From contig JBBIRS010000004.1 of the NCBI GenBank assembly GCA_037441675.1, positions 1 through 64,000 on the forward strand: DNA of 64,000 nt, read 5' to 3'. Both the position numbers and the translations under genes were made by a program. The notes under the pieces were generated by a model. The model ran no database searches. It was not told the origin of the DNA and was given only the letters and a program-made list of their open reading frames with translations. Shown piece after piece: positions 40,822-51,559 of this stretch. The stretch comes from Planctomycetales bacterium (GTDB lineage: Bacteria; 4484-113). Numbering within the stretch: position 1 is the stretch's first letter; every line of letters starts with the position of its first letter.

Positions 40822-42099
40822 ATGAAACAGGTGAGAAAATATACAAGAAGAGAATTCATATGCGCTGGAGTTAGCCTTGTATCCGGTGTGGTAATAACAC
40901 CTGCATTTCTTTCCAGAACACTTTGGGCTTTGCAAACAAAGGCAAATCCTTTGAAGACCGCACAAGCATTCAGCCAACCTGAGCATATTTTAGTGGTGGT
41001 ACAACTTGGTGGTGGTAATGATGGGTTAAACACTGTTATTCCATTCACGGCGGATGAGTATTACAAGAGCCGTGAAACTTTGGCGATACCTCAAAATAAT
41101 GTATTGAAATTATCCGACTCTTTGGGCTTAAACCCTGAAATGACTGCAATGAGAGAGCTTTATGAAGATCAAATGTTGGCAGTTATTCAGGGAGTTGGAT
41201 ATCCAAATCCTAACCGCTCGCATTTTCGCTCAATGGATATTTGGCATACTGCAAAACCAGAAGATATTTCCGTCTCCACAGGTTGGCTCGGGAGGTTCTT
41301 CGACAATGCCTGCAAGGGAATGCCTTCGCCATCCGCGGGGGTGCAGTTCGGGGTGGATATTCCGCTTGCCCTAAAGGGCGAAACAAATAAAGTGGTCGCT
41401 ATCTCCAACTTGGAAGAAATTGGCTGGAAACCAACCGTTAGCGGAGAAAAGGCGCAGTCAGAACTTGACGCTTTAGATAAGCTTCTAAAGCAGAGAATAA
41501 TTAAAGACGAAACACTCTTCGTAGCACACACGGAGATGGATACACTTCTTACTGCAGAACTGGTTGAGAAGGCAATAAAGAGAGGAATTTCAAATGCGAA
41601 TTACCCTGCAACAGAGTTTGGAGAGCAATTAAAAGGGACAGCCATGCTAATCTCCGGCGAATTCCCAGCTATGGTCTATTACGTGCATCTAGGCGGATTT
41701 GATACGCACGCGAATCAAGCTGGAAGGCACAACAACCTTCTTAGGGAGTTTTCGGAAGGAATAAAGGCGTTTTTTACTGATTTGAAAGTAAGCGGACACG
41801 GGGGGCGCGTCATCTGCCTAGTTTTTTCGGAATTTGGAAGAAGATTGGAGGAAAATGCCAGTGGTGGTACAGACCACGGAACGGTGAACCCTGTCTTTCT
41901 ACTCGGAGAAAGGGTAAGACCTGGACTTCACGGTAAACCAGCATCCTTGAAACGTGAAGATTTGGACGAAATTGGGGATCCGAAGTTCACCGTGGACTTC
42001 AGGCAAGTTTACGCTACCGTTCTGGAAGATTGGCTAATCGCTGATTCCTTTGGCATACTGGGCTCGCGCTTTAGCAAACTTGACCTAGTGGAAAGTTAA
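40822..42099 (+). CDS. DUF1501 family protein (Tat-like signal)
   Basis: TRREF, GGNDGLN, SHFRS, GFDTH, SEFGR and GTDHG motifs. Confidence 0.9.
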   Translation: MKQVRKYTRREFICAGVSLVSGVVITPAFLSRTLWALQTKANPLKTAQAFSQPEHILVVVQLGGGNDGLNTVIPFTADEYYKSRETLAIPQNNVLKLSDSLGLNPEMTAMRELYEDQMLAVIQGVGYPNPNRSHFRSMDIWHTAKPEDISVSTGWLGRFFDNACKGMPSPSAGVQFGVDIPLALKGETNKVVAISNLEEIGWKPTVSGEKAQSELDALDKLLKQRIIKDETLFVAHTEMDTLLTAELVEKAIKRGISNANYPATEFGEQLKGTAMLISGEFPAMVYYVHLGGFDTHANQAGRHNNLLREFSEGIKAFFTDLKVSGHGGRVICLVFSEFGRRLEENASGGTDHGTVNPVFLLGERVRPGLHGKPASLKREDLDEIGDPKFTVDFRQVYATVLEDWLIADSFGILGSRFSKLDLVES

Positions 42100-42752
42100 T
42101 GGCTGAGCGCTGGCTTTTCTGCGCGTATAACCAAGAAACCACCAGCGCCAAAACCTTCCTTTACGGGCTCAGGCTCGGTCATCTTTTCCGGAGAATTAAA
42201 CAAGGTTTGCCATACTTTTACATTTCGAAAGCCAGCTTCCACTGGCTTCTTGCGAAGCTCCGGATACGAGTAAAAACGCGCGTGTCGGTAGATAGAGTTG
42301 GCTTCCTTCTTTTGGTGGTAAAGCTTACCTAATTGCGAGCGTCCATCAATGAAGCCAATGATTATCTTTCCTCCTGGATAAAGAACACGATAAGCCTCCC
42401 TCAGCGCCTTCATCGGATCATCAATAAAGCAGAAAGTCGTCATATAAAGGACTGTGTCATACATATTACTGGGGGTAGAGGAAGCTTTTCCGCGACGCCG
42501 GAAATGATGTGCATTCCACGCTCTCGCGCTATTTTCGCCATTTCCTGGCTGGGACGGTTCAACTCCATACTCGATAGCAAGAGGAACCGCAAATCGACCG
42601 GTTCCCGCTCCAATTTCAACCGCCATACCAACGCCATTTTCGGAAATTGCCTCCATAAGCGCGGAAAGCTCTATCTCATAAACAGCGGGGTGTTTATCAA
42701 ACCAAGCATCATACTCCTTTGCGTGCAATTCAAATGGTTCAGTAACTGCCAT
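42096..42752 (-). pseudogene. Class I SAM methyltransferase with a compensated double frameshift
   Basis: YDAWF, EIGAGTGRF; the expected EMAKIARERG...GVAEKLP segment lies in another frame (about 42545-42475). Confidence 0.7.
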
Positions 42753-43186
42753 AGCAAAGCGAATATTATAGACTAGTTGTTCAAACAAGCAAGGGAGGAC
42801 AACTGATGCCAAATAAGAATTTTTGCGGTGTTTATAAATAAGGACGGAATTGGACGCGGTGATGAAGGACTTGGGCGGGGGCATTTGGCAAAGTTTTTGA
42901 AGGAACTTTGGGGGCTTGAAAGCAAGAATCAGCGAATTCGCTGTTCACCTTGAACGGAGCTCCTATGTAAGTATCCTAGGCTGGGGTACGTCCCGTATTG
43001 AGGAACTTATCCCCTATCTTCTTCTTCCCACAAGGGATTATTACGGGCATGCTCAAAATCTTATTCTAGAGGAGATGTTCCCTTGAGCCAATGCCAGAAG
43101 TCCTAATTTCTCCTTCGAGAGGGCTGACTCGGATCTGATCTTAACAGCGTTAAAAAACTAGTACTTTTTCGGCTTTCCAAATTTCT

Positions 43187-44734
43187 TTACCCGAACCTTA
43201 TGCCCTGGGCTAGAGGAAGCTCCGTGCTCCAGTTGATAGTATTTGTCTGTCTGCGCATATAGGCTTTCCAGGCGTCGGAACCGGACTCCCGCCCGCCGCC
43301 GGTATCCTTCTCACCGCCGAACGCCCCTCCAATCTCCGCACCACTTGTCCCGATATTGACATTAGCTATTCCACAGTCGCTCCCAATCGCTGATAGGAAA
43401 GTCTGCGCCTGCATCAAATCGTTCGTGAAAATCGCAGAAGACAGCCCCTGCGGAACGCCGTTATGAAGCGCAATTGCCTCATCAAATTCACGATACTTCA
43501 GCAGGTAAAGTATCGGTGCGAACGTCTCCTCGCAGACTAGTAGCGTCTGGGCGGGCATTTCTATTATGCATGGCGTCACATAACAACCGCCAGGGAACTT
43601 TTCGCCAGCCAATCTTTCACCGCCCCATAGCACTTTCCCACCCTCTTCCTTCGCTCGCTCAATTGCTTTCATCATTATCTCAACCGCTTCAGCACTCACG
43701 AGTGGTCCCATCAACGTTCCTGGCTCAAGGGGATTGCCGATGCGAACTTGCTTGTATGCCATGACAAGCTGGGCTGTGAAATTGTCAAAAATACTCTCGT
43801 GAATGATAAGTCTGCGGGTAGTTGTGCATCTCTGACCTGCAGTTCCAACCGCGCCGAAAAGCACCGCTCGCAAAGCAAGCTCAAGATTGGCTGATGGGCA
43901 AATGATAATACCGTTGTTGCCACCAAGCTCAAGAATTGTCCGTCCAAGCCTCCTGCTCACAACCTCCGCGACGTGATGCCCCATCTCGCAGGAGCCCGTG
44001 GCGGAGACAAGCTTGACACGGCTGTCGTTAATGAGAAGCTCGCCAACATCACCCCCTCTCCCAATCACAAGACTTGCCAAGGCAGGCGAATAGCCGTTCC
44101 GCACAAAAATTTCGGCGCAAATCTTGGTCACCGCAATGGCGGTAAGCGGTGTTAGAGTGCTTGGCTTCCAGATAACTGCATCCCCACAAACCCACGCAAG
44201 CGTGCTGTTCCAACTCCAGACCGCGATTGGGAAATTGAACGCAGTTATTACGCCCACAACGCCGAGCGGATGCCACTGCTCCATCATAAAGTGCCGAGGC
44301 CGTTCACTGGCGATGGTGAGACCGTAAAGCTGCCGGGAGAGCCCCACCGCAAAATCGCAGATGTCAATCATCTCCTGAACCTCGCCTTCACCTTCCACGA
44401 GAATCTTTCCCATCTCAAGTGTCACGAGCTTGCCAAGTTCTGCTTTCTTCTCCCGAATGGCGTTTCCGATCTGGCGAACAACCTCTCCACGCTTCGGCGC
44501 TGGAACCATCCGCCAAGTTTCAAATGCAGATTGCGCGGCGGATGCAACCTTCTCGTAATCCTCCGCGCTCGCACCAATAACTCTCGCAAGTTCGCCTCCG
44601 TCAATCGGCGTGGAGACGGATAGTTCCTCGCCACTCGCGAACCATTCGCCGTTGAACGCTCCAAAGTTTATTGGGTCAATCCCAACAGATTGAAGAACGC
44701 TATGCGGGTCAACATCAATTACTTTTGCGTACAT
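43187..44734 (-). CDS. Aldehyde dehydrogenase family 7 (alpha-aminoadipic semialdehyde/piperideine-6-carboxylate dehydrogenase-like)
   Basis: TAFNFP, LELGGNN, GQRCTT, ETFAP, GAEIGGAFGGEK and GSDAWK motifs. Confidence 0.93.
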   Translation of the reverse strand: MYAKVIDVDPHSVLQSVGIDPINFGAFNGEWFASGEELSVSTPIDGGELARVIGASAEDYEKVASAAQSAFETWRMVPAPKRGEVVRQIGNAIREKKAELGKLVTLEMGKILVEGEGEVQEMIDICDFAVGLSRQLYGLTIASERPRHFMMEQWHPLGVVGVITAFNFPIAVWSWNSTLAWVCGDAVIWKPSTLTPLTAIAVTKICAEIFVRNGYSPALASLVIGRGGDVGELLINDSRVKLVSATGSCEMGHHVAEVVSRRLGRTILELGGNNGIIICPSANLELALRAVLFGAVGTAGQRCTTTRRLIIHESIFDNFTAQLVMAYKQVRIGNPLEPGTLMGPLVSAEAVEIMMKAIERAKEEGGKVLWGGERLAGEKFPGGCYVTPCIIEMPAQTLLVCEETFAPILYLLKYREFDEAIALHNGVPQGLSSAIFTNDLMQAQTFLSAIGSDCGIANVNIGTSGAEIGGAFGGEKDTGGGRESGSDAWKAYMRRQTNTINWSTELPLAQGIRFG

Positions 44735-44954
44735 ATACTTCCTCCTTAGAAGATTTTAGCGCAACCGGGGCGAAGTTTCAGAACTTCCCCTCGAGATCAG
44801 AAAGCCTGATCCCAAGCATTGTCAGGACATGACGTGCTAAGGAACTTGTGTTAGATTATTTGTAGCCTGCCGAGAATTGCAAGTTGAAGGCACGAGAGGG
44901 AGGAAATAGATGATGGGTAGAAAGAGCTTCTACGGGGAGTTTTTAATTCCACAT

Positions 44955-45103
44955 GCATTTGCGCCTTTGCACTGAGTGCCTCCACCTGCGGCGGAGGAAA
45001 GAAACCAACATGACAGCGTGTAGGTCGACCACCGGTGTGTCGCCAAGATGGCGGGGTACAGGTCCCCTACAGGGTGAAGCACTCAGTGTAAATCCGCCCT
45101 ACA
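44955..45103. repeat. REP-like composite element
   Basis: TGTAGGTCGACC...GGCGGGGTACAGGTCCCCTACA...CCGCCCTACA; similar to the reverse complement of about 60155-60285. Confidence 0.65.
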
Positions 45104-45110
45104 AAGCCAT

Positions 45111-45434
45111 TTACTCCAAGAGTATCACTAGCGCTCTGGGCGCCCAGACACTGACATCAGCGTATATTCTTATGTAATAGGGAACGCCTAAGTAAATAAC
45201 AAATGGGGCTGAGCCAGAGTCATAAACGTAAAAGCGGTAGCCCACAATGTAGGCATAGGGTGAAATGTAGTAGTAGCTTCTGGAAGTTGTAAGGGATGGA
45301 AATATTCCTCCGTGCGAAAACGAGAGCGCAAACCCCGCGCAGGATGACGGAAGAACGATAAACGATGCTAGAGACAAAAAGAGTATCGCCCCCACTGTCA
45401 ACTTCATGACAATTCTTCTAGCCCTTGAGAACAT
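45111..45434 (-). CDS. Hypothetical small exported Tyr-rich protein
   Basis: GGGAG RBS-like site and a hydrophobic N-terminus. Confidence 0.5.
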   Translation of the reverse strand: MFSRARRIVMKLTVGAILFLSLASFIVLPSSCAGFALSFSHGGIFPSLTTSRSYYYISPYAYIVGYRFYVYDSGSAPFVIYLGVPYYIRIYADVSVWAPRALVILLE

Positions 45435-45541
45435 TTCAGTTCTCCCTGGAAAATCTCTGAAAATACTCTCATTAGATTATACCGTAAGTTTACGAACATA
45501 ATCGGTGCGTGAGCCCGCTTATGCTTAAGGATAATCTAATA

Positions 45542-46426
45542 TTAACTGAGCTCGGCGTCCTCAAATGCTCCGAGCGCAAGTGCTGACCAGTCTAAGTCTG
45601 CCCTACCCTTTTCTATTGCTGTTTGTAATCTTTCGTGGATGACGTTCAAAAATGGCATGCGCACAGACGCGCTTTGCGCCGTTTCCGTGAGAAGGTTCAT
45701 ATCCTTAAGCCCTAACGCTAGGCGGAACCCCGCAGGCTCAAAAGCGCGATCAATAATCAAATCGCTGTAACGTTTGTAAATTGGCGCAGGGAAGAGAGTG
45801 CTCGTGTAGAAATCAGCGAGGATACCTGGGGAAATTCCAAACTTCATCCCAATAGCGAACACCTCCGCAAGCTGTTCCTTCACCGCACAAATCATAAAGT
45901 TGCCGAGAAGCTTCACCAGGTTCGCATATCCCACATCCTCGCCAAAATCGTATATTCCCTGCGACAATGGCTTGAGTATTGGCTTTGCGCGCTCCTTTGC
46001 AGAAGCATCACCAGCAATGCATATCCAAAGCTTGCTTTCCCGCGCATGTTCGGGTCTGCCAAAAACGGGAGCAGACACATAGTAGGCACCGATTCCCCTG
46101 TGCTTGCAAGCAAGTTCTCTAGAAGTAAAGGGAGAGACAGTGCTCATTGAAATATGAATGCCATCCTTTCCCAGTTTTTCCATTAAGCCGCCACTAAGGG
46201 TTATCTCATTTAGCGCAGAGTCATCAGATACCATTGTGATTGCAATTCCTCCAGCTTCAGCAACCTCAGATGGCGTCTTCGCTTCTCTAGCTCCTCTATC
46301 GAGAAGTGGCTTTGCCTTTTCAAAAGTTCGGTTGTAAACAACTAAACTATAGCCGGCCTTGATAAGATTCTCCGCGATGGCAAAACCCATATTACCAGTC
46401 CCAATCAAGCCAATTGCCTTAGGCAT
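45542..46426 (-). CDS. 3-hydroxyisobutyrate/6-phosphogluconate dehydrogenase family oxidoreductase
   Basis: GLIGTGNMG, YNRT, STVSP, APVFG, KLLGN and KD motifs; AAGGAGG before ATG 46426. Confidence 0.9.
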   Translation of the reverse strand: MPKAIGLIGTGNMGFAIAENLIKAGYSLVVYNRTFEKAKPLLDRGAREAKTPSEVAEAGGIAITMVSDDSALNEITLSGGLMEKLGKDGIHISMSTVSPFTSRELACKHRGIGAYYVSAPVFGRPEHARESKLWICIAGDASAKERAKPILKPLSQGIYDFGEDVGYANLVKLLGNFMICAVKEQLAEVFAIGMKFGISPGILADFYTSTLFPAPIYKRYSDLIIDRAFEPAGFRLALGLKDMNLLTETAQSASVRMPFLNVIHERLQTAIEKGRADLDWSALALGAFEDAELS

Positions 46427-46578
46427 AACTGCCTCCTTACCACATCTAAAGTCCATATGGAAAATTATTTGCTATGGAAAAGCACTTGCTAGTTCGTTTG
46501 ATGGTTCGGACAGAGCCCAAGCGCAATAATTCCTCCTTTGGAATCAAGGCAGGAGATGTCAATCTATAACGATTAGCT

Positions 46579-47514
46579 CTACCCGCTAGGAGTAACCACA
46601 AAGTCCTTGTCGGGATTAGTGCCCTCACTAACCGAGAAGACCGAGCTTTCCGTTTCTTCATAACGGTCATCGTAACGGGCTATGATAATCTTGAAGAGCT
46701 TAGAGGGCCCGATATCCGCTTTGCCAAAACGCATCTCGTACCTGCCGTTTACATCCGTTCGTGTGAAGTTGTGATTGCTAGGATTTTGTGGGTCTGATTC
46801 TCCATTTAGGAAATCATAGGGAACTAAATTGCCATCAAGAACGATGAAGAGAAGTAAATCTACCTCTTGAGCTGGTTCACCACTAGCAGAGCTAACTCTC
46901 ACAGTGCCCGTAAGAACCGCAGAAGCCCCACCAGGAAGTCCACTTCCTTCTATCGTCTTTCCGACAAAGATACCTACTTGACCTATTGTGTAAGAGACGC
47001 CTGTTGTTGGAAGAGTTGCAACAGCTCTAACACCGCTTGAATCGACTTCCGCAAATGAATTGCCAAATGGCTCCCACTTAACCGTATCCGAATTGAAACG
47101 GTAAACTATGAAGCGCGTTCCCTCAGACTCTGTAGATCTAAGAGCCAGAGTGAGCTGAATGTCCTTTTGAATTGCATTAGTTTCACTTGCTGGATTGTTT
47201 ATCGTGCAGTAACCCTCAAATAATTGGGTTCCAGTGGGATATGTGTTTGGGTCGCGTTCAACGCCTACGATATTGTCAGAAAAAATTACAATCGTCGTTT
47301 GAGTGAAACTGCCAGCGGGAAAGAACAACTTATTTCCACTGGCAAGCTCTACCGTAATTGCGGCATCAGGTGGAACGCTAACTTCTTTAGTTTCACCTCT
47401 TCCGGGAAGTAGGCCATCCCCATTGCCTCCTCCGCCTCCTCCTCCACAGGAACTTAAAATTCCAACCAACAAAAATAAAAGAATTAAGCTAATCACTTTA
47501 ACTTTCATATACAA
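46579..47514 (-). CDS. Hypothetical surface lipoprotein
   Basis: Lipobox LSSC followed by a Gly run; beta-sandwich-like body (TDVNGRY). Confidence 0.8.
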   Translation of the reverse strand: MYMKVKVISLILLFLLVGILSSCGGGGGGGNGDGLLPGRGETKEVSVPPDAAITVELASGNKLFFPAGSFTQTTIVIFSDNIVGVERDPNTYPTGTQLFEGYCTINNPASETNAIQKDIQLTLALRSTESEGTRFIVYRFNSDTVKWEPFGNSFAEVDSSGVRAVATLPTTGVSYTIGQVGIFVGKTIEGSGLPGGASAVLTGTVRVSSASGEPAQEVDLLLFIVLDGNLVPYDFLNGESDPQNPSNHNFTRTDVNGRYEMRFGKADIGPSKLFKIIIARYDDRYEETESSVFSVSEGTNPDKDFVVTPSG

Positions 47515-47910
47515 CTCCAGTTCTCCTTCAGAGTATCTTGAGTTTAACAGTTAAGGCTAGCAAAGTCAATTCTAAAAAGAAGTCCCAAGTTTATGTGAAA
47601 GTATTATTAGCCCTTGCATCAGGCTAACCCAATCCCAGTAATTTTAGAATTGAGAGAGATGTTTCAATTCTTAAAGAACTAAACGAGAATTTATTGATTT
47701 TATTGATTTGATTGGCTTCTCACGCCGATAATAAATATCTTCCAAAGCAATCGGAATTATGGGATATCTTAGAATGAGATAATGATAGTTAGAAAGTGTA
47801 GATAGTTAATTAAGTTATAAATGAGACTTTACTATTTATGGTGCTTAGAGTAGGATAATCCATTGCAATAAAAGATTACCCTAACTATTAATATTAAAAG
47901 GAGAACAAAA

Positions 47911-48351
47911 ATGAAAACATTGATAAATCTGGCAATACTTCTGCTAGCTTTGCTGATAACTCTCTTACCAGCCTGCCAAAAGGATGACCCTAAGCTTAAA
48001 CAAAGGGCATTAGAATTTTACCGAAACGCCAAGGACTTCAATTCCATAAAAACGTTCTTAACGCCAGTAATACAGGAAAGCATCCCTGAAAACTTAGGAA
48101 AAAATTTCGCCATTGCAGGAATTCCAATGGATCTTATGGGTGTCCCCTCCGAAATACTAGCGGGATTAGGTCCCGAGGCTATAACAATTAAGAAAAGGGG
48201 AAAGTGGAGCCAGGTCAATGTTACTGTAGATACTCCGACTGGAAGCATTGATGTACCAACAATTTGGGTTCGAGTTGAGGGCGAATGGTACTTATATACT
48301 GGGACAAACGCAGAAATAGATAAGTATGGCAAGGCACCTTACTTCGTGTAA
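47911..48351 (+). CDS. Hypothetical lipoprotein (possibly NTF2-like)
   Basis: AGGAG RBS; lipobox LPAC; WVRVEGEWY. Confidence 0.75.
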   Translation: MKTLINLAILLLALLITLLPACQKDDPKLKQRALEFYRNAKDFNSIKTFLTPVIQESIPENLGKNFAIAGIPMDLMGVPSEILAGLGPEAITIKKRGKWSQVNVTVDTPTGSIDVPTIWVRVEGEWYLYTGTNAEIDKYGKAPYFV

Positions 48352-48354
48352 AAA

Positions 48355-49341
48355 GTGGTTAGTAAAGAGCTTAAACTTCTAACTGAGAAAGAATTCATCG
48401 GAAGAAATGTTTCCATAGGCGAGGGAGTTGTAATAACCAACGCCCATGGCGAGAAATGTTCAGAAATCATCGTTGGTGATAACGTTTATATCGGTGATTT
48501 TGTCAGGATACTCGCCCCAGCTGTATATATTGGGGACTATACGGTAATCCACCAGAGAACAACCATCTACGGTTACTCTCCAATAAGGATTGGGCACTGC
48601 TCTTGGATTGGGCAGGACGCAATTATAAACTGCACCGGCCCCGTATGGATTGGGGAAGGCGTTACTATTGGCGCGAAAACTACTCTGTGGACACACTTAT
48701 CAGGTGGAGATATTCTTCAAGGCTTTAGGCTCGGTAAAGTAAAAGCTAGCTTAATTGGTGATGACACCTGGATAGCACCAGCTGTAACTATCTCTCCAGT
48801 TAAAATTGGTAAGAAGTGTTGCGTTTTAGCAGGAAGCGTTGTAACAAAGGATTTGGAGGAGAATAGTATTTATGCTGGTGTGCCAGCAGTGGATGTCAAA
48901 GAGAAGCTTGGAGGAATTCCTTATCAGGAACTAAATCTTGATGAAAAGTTCGCCATCATTAGAGATAAGCTAATAGAATTTGACAGGAATTTTAAGGATA
49001 GAGGCGGGGAATTTTCTTCCTTCCCCACAACCTCTGATTGGAGGTCAATTTATTTGGGCAACGCAGGGTCAGCGCACTCATTCACCATTCCTACTGGAGA
49101 AGATGAATTCCTACTTGGTTCAATTGTTATCACAAAGGGAGCTTGTGAAGAGAGAAATGGCTTTTCTGTATTTTCAGTAAAGGATCGCCTTTACACCAAG
49201 AGGCTGTCCATAGAGGAAATTGCGTTTATGAGGTTTCTTTTGCCAGCTGTAAAGTTTTTCCCACTTAAGGATATCAATAAGAAGCATGTGGCGGAAGTAT
49301 TTCGTTCATTATTGCCTGAATTTGGAGCAAAGCTTGATTAA
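48355..49341 (+). CDS. Left-handed beta-helix acyltransferase
   Basis: Hexapeptide repeats (IGD/IGE), AGSVVTKD and YAGVPA. Confidence 0.85.
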   Translation: MVSKELKLLTEKEFIGRNVSIGEGVVITNAHGEKCSEIIVGDNVYIGDFVRILAPAVYIGDYTVIHQRTTIYGYSPIRIGHCSWIGQDAIINCTGPVWIGEGVTIGAKTTLWTHLSGGDILQGFRLGKVKASLIGDDTWIAPAVTISPVKIGKKCCVLAGSVVTKDLEENSIYAGVPAVDVKEKLGGIPYQELNLDEKFAIIRDKLIEFDRNFKDRGGEFSSFPTTSDWRSIYLGNAGSAHSFTIPTGEDEFLLGSIVITKGACEERNGFSVFSVKDRLYTKRLSIEEIAFMRFLLPAVKFFPLKDINKKHVAEVFRSLLPEFGAKLD

Positions 49342-49432
49342 AACCGAATAATTATTTTCTTCCAATCTTCCCTTGCCCTATCGCTCAGTTATACTTATAA
49401 TTGCCTAAAGCTTCTAAAAGGAAATCGCTAAC

Positions 49433-50854
49433 TTGAGGAGATTTTTTGAAAGTTGGGAAGTAATAATTGGCTTACTCAACATAAATTTTACTCTTATCAT
49501 AGCTTTAACAATTTCCTTCGTTACTTTTTGTAAGCTCCCCTTCTACTCAATAGCATCAGAATCAAAAGCTGAAGCTATAAGTAATACCGATAGCCTGCAA
49601 AGCTCGGGGTCCGAGGATGTTTCCAGAGAGCTTGCAGAAATTCCCGCGCCACTTGAAATTTCAGCGAAAGACTTACCGAATGATACTGGTAATTCAATTG
49701 TAATTACCTGGAGAAGAGTTGAGAACCTACCGGAAGACGTTGCTTTCACACTATACTTTGCGCAAAGTATTGAGGGACCTTTTCGACCTTTGCCTTTCGA
49801 CTTTAGCCCAGTGAGAGCTGATGAAAACTTAATGAGCGAAAACTTGCAGTATTTCCCTTACCGCAGAGAAAACGAGAATTACCAGTACATAATCGTTGAT
49901 TTAACAAGTTTTCCCACTTCGCCAAAGCAGGAGTACAACCTTAACAGCCTTTACTTCAAGCTGGGTGTAATTAAGAATGGTGAGGTAAGGCTTTTTGATC
50001 CCCCACTGACCGCAAAGCCTAAAGAGAACTTTTTTGACACAAGCAAAGTTAACACTCTTGTTATGGCAGTGCTATTTATCGTTCTATTGCTTATCCTAAT
50101 TGAAACCGCCAAACGCAAGGACCTTTACCTGAGAAGGATTGCAGGATTAGACGCCATTGATGAAGCTATTGGGCGCGCAACTGAGATGGGTAGACCCATA
50201 CTTTACTTGTGTGGCCTAGACCCAATGACGACTGTATCCACTATTGCTGCCACTAATATCCTAGGGCACGTAGCTAAGCATGTCGCAAAATTTGAAAGTA
50301 GAGTGAAAGTGCCTTGCTTTGATCCTATCGTGATGAGCGTCTGTCAAGAAGTGGTAAGAGAAGCCTTTTATAACGCAGGCAGACCTGACCAACACGACCC
50401 GAATGATATCTTCTTCCTCACAAACGACCAGTTCAGCTATGTAGCTGCGGTTAATGGTATTATGGCTCGGGAAAAACCTGCTGCAAATTTTTACTTCGGC
50501 TACTATTACGCAGAAAGTCTTCTACTGGGTGAAGTTGGACAATCCACTGGAGCCATTCAGATTGCAGGCACTGATAGCAACGTTCAGATTCCATTCTTCA
50601 TCACAAGCTGTGACTATACCCTAATTGGTGAAGAGCTTTACGCGGCTAGCGCCTACATTTCCCGTGAGCCAAAACTACTTGGCTCAATTAAAGCTAGCGA
50701 TATGGCAAAGGCGTTCATTCTTGTTGTCCTGACATTAGGACTCTTATTCTCGCTTGTTTTAATTGCCCTGAAGCCGGTAAACCCAGAAAATACAATGGGA
50801 CGTGTAGGTGAGGCTATGGAGTATTACATGGAGATGTTTAACGAACACGCATAG
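49433..50854 (+). CDS. FnIII-like domain plus DUF6754-like membrane protein
   Basis: AKDLPNDTGNSIVITW; LRRIAGLDAIDEAIGRATEMGRP; AESLLLGEVG; IPFFITSCDYTLIGEELYAASAY. Confidence 0.8.
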   Translation: MRRFFESWEVIIGLLNINFTLIIALTISFVTFCKLPFYSIASESKAEAISNTDSLQSSGSEDVSRELAEIPAPLEISAKDLPNDTGNSIVITWRRVENLPEDVAFTLYFAQSIEGPFRPLPFDFSPVRADENLMSENLQYFPYRRENENYQYIIVDLTSFPTSPKQEYNLNSLYFKLGVIKNGEVRLFDPPLTAKPKENFFDTSKVNTLVMAVLFIVLLLILIETAKRKDLYLRRIAGLDAIDEAIGRATEMGRPILYLCGLDPMTTVSTIAATNILGHVAKHVAKFESRVKVPCFDPIVMSVCQEVVREAFYNAGRPDQHDPNDIFFLTNDQFSYVAAVNGIMAREKPAANFYFGYYYAESLLLGEVGQSTGAIQIAGTDSNVQIPFFITSCDYTLIGEELYAASAYISREPKLLGSIKASDMAKAFILVVLTLGLLFSLVLIALKPVNPENTMGRVGEAMEYYMEMFNEHA

Positions 50855-50890
50855 GCTTTACTGAAAGAAGATAATTAAACGGCAATAAAG

Positions 50891-51559
50891 ATGGTTTTCT
50901 TAAAAAAACAGTTTCCGATGATTATTGCCTTTTCAGTGGGCATTCTAATGCTCATCCAGTTCTTTATCCCGAGTAAAGCTTCACAGGCTTTTTATGAAAC
51001 AATGAATCTATGGATACCGGTCATTGGAGGATTTGCACTCCTACTGGGAATAGATTCAGTCGTTGGTACACACATAAAGAAGGTTCAAAAGCTCTCTTCT
51101 GGTTATGGATACTCACTGGTATTTCTAATTTCTTTTGTCGCAATGAGCGTGTCCTGGATAGTCTGGGGTGGACTAGAAAATACCACGGGTCCGTTTTCCT
51201 GGATGTTCTTCAATATGTTCGTGCCGATGGGCGCGACGATGTTTTCCATCCTCGCATTTTATATAGCTTCAGCAGCGTACAGGAGCTTCCGCGCTAGAAC
51301 CCCTGATGCAACCGTCCTTCTCATATCAGCGGTTATCGTAATGCTCGGACGCGTCCCAATTGGAACTTGGTTAACCTCATCACTAACAAACACAAAACTT
51401 TGGTGGCTCCAGTTTCCCGAAGTTTCTGGCTGGTTATTGAACGTGCTTAACGCAGCAGGGTTTAGAGGAATTCTTTTGGGTGTCGGCTTGGGAATAATCG
51501 CTACATCAGTTCGCATCATTTTTGGTGTTGAAAAGACTTATATGGGTGGAATGGAATAA
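50891..51559 (+). CDS. Polytopic membrane protein, subunit 2 of the DUF6754-type operon
   Basis: About 6 TMs; FSILAFYIASAAYRSFRAR; RGILLG; R.IFG.E. Confidence 0.8.
   Translation: MVFLKKQFPMIIAFSVGILMLIQFFIPSKASQAFYETMNLWIPVIGGFALLLGIDSVVGTHIKKVQKLSSGYGYSLVFLISFVAMSVSWIVWGGLENTTGPFSWMFFNMFVPMGATMFSILAFYIASAAYRSFRARTPDATVLLISAVIVMLGRVPIGTWLTSSLTNTKLWWLQFPEVSGWLLNVLNAAGFRGILLGVGLGIIATSVRIIFGVEKTYMGGME

Noticed and set aside
44735..44950. Lysine riboswitch upstream of ALDH7
   Set aside because: Hairpins are present but I could not find the L-box consensus
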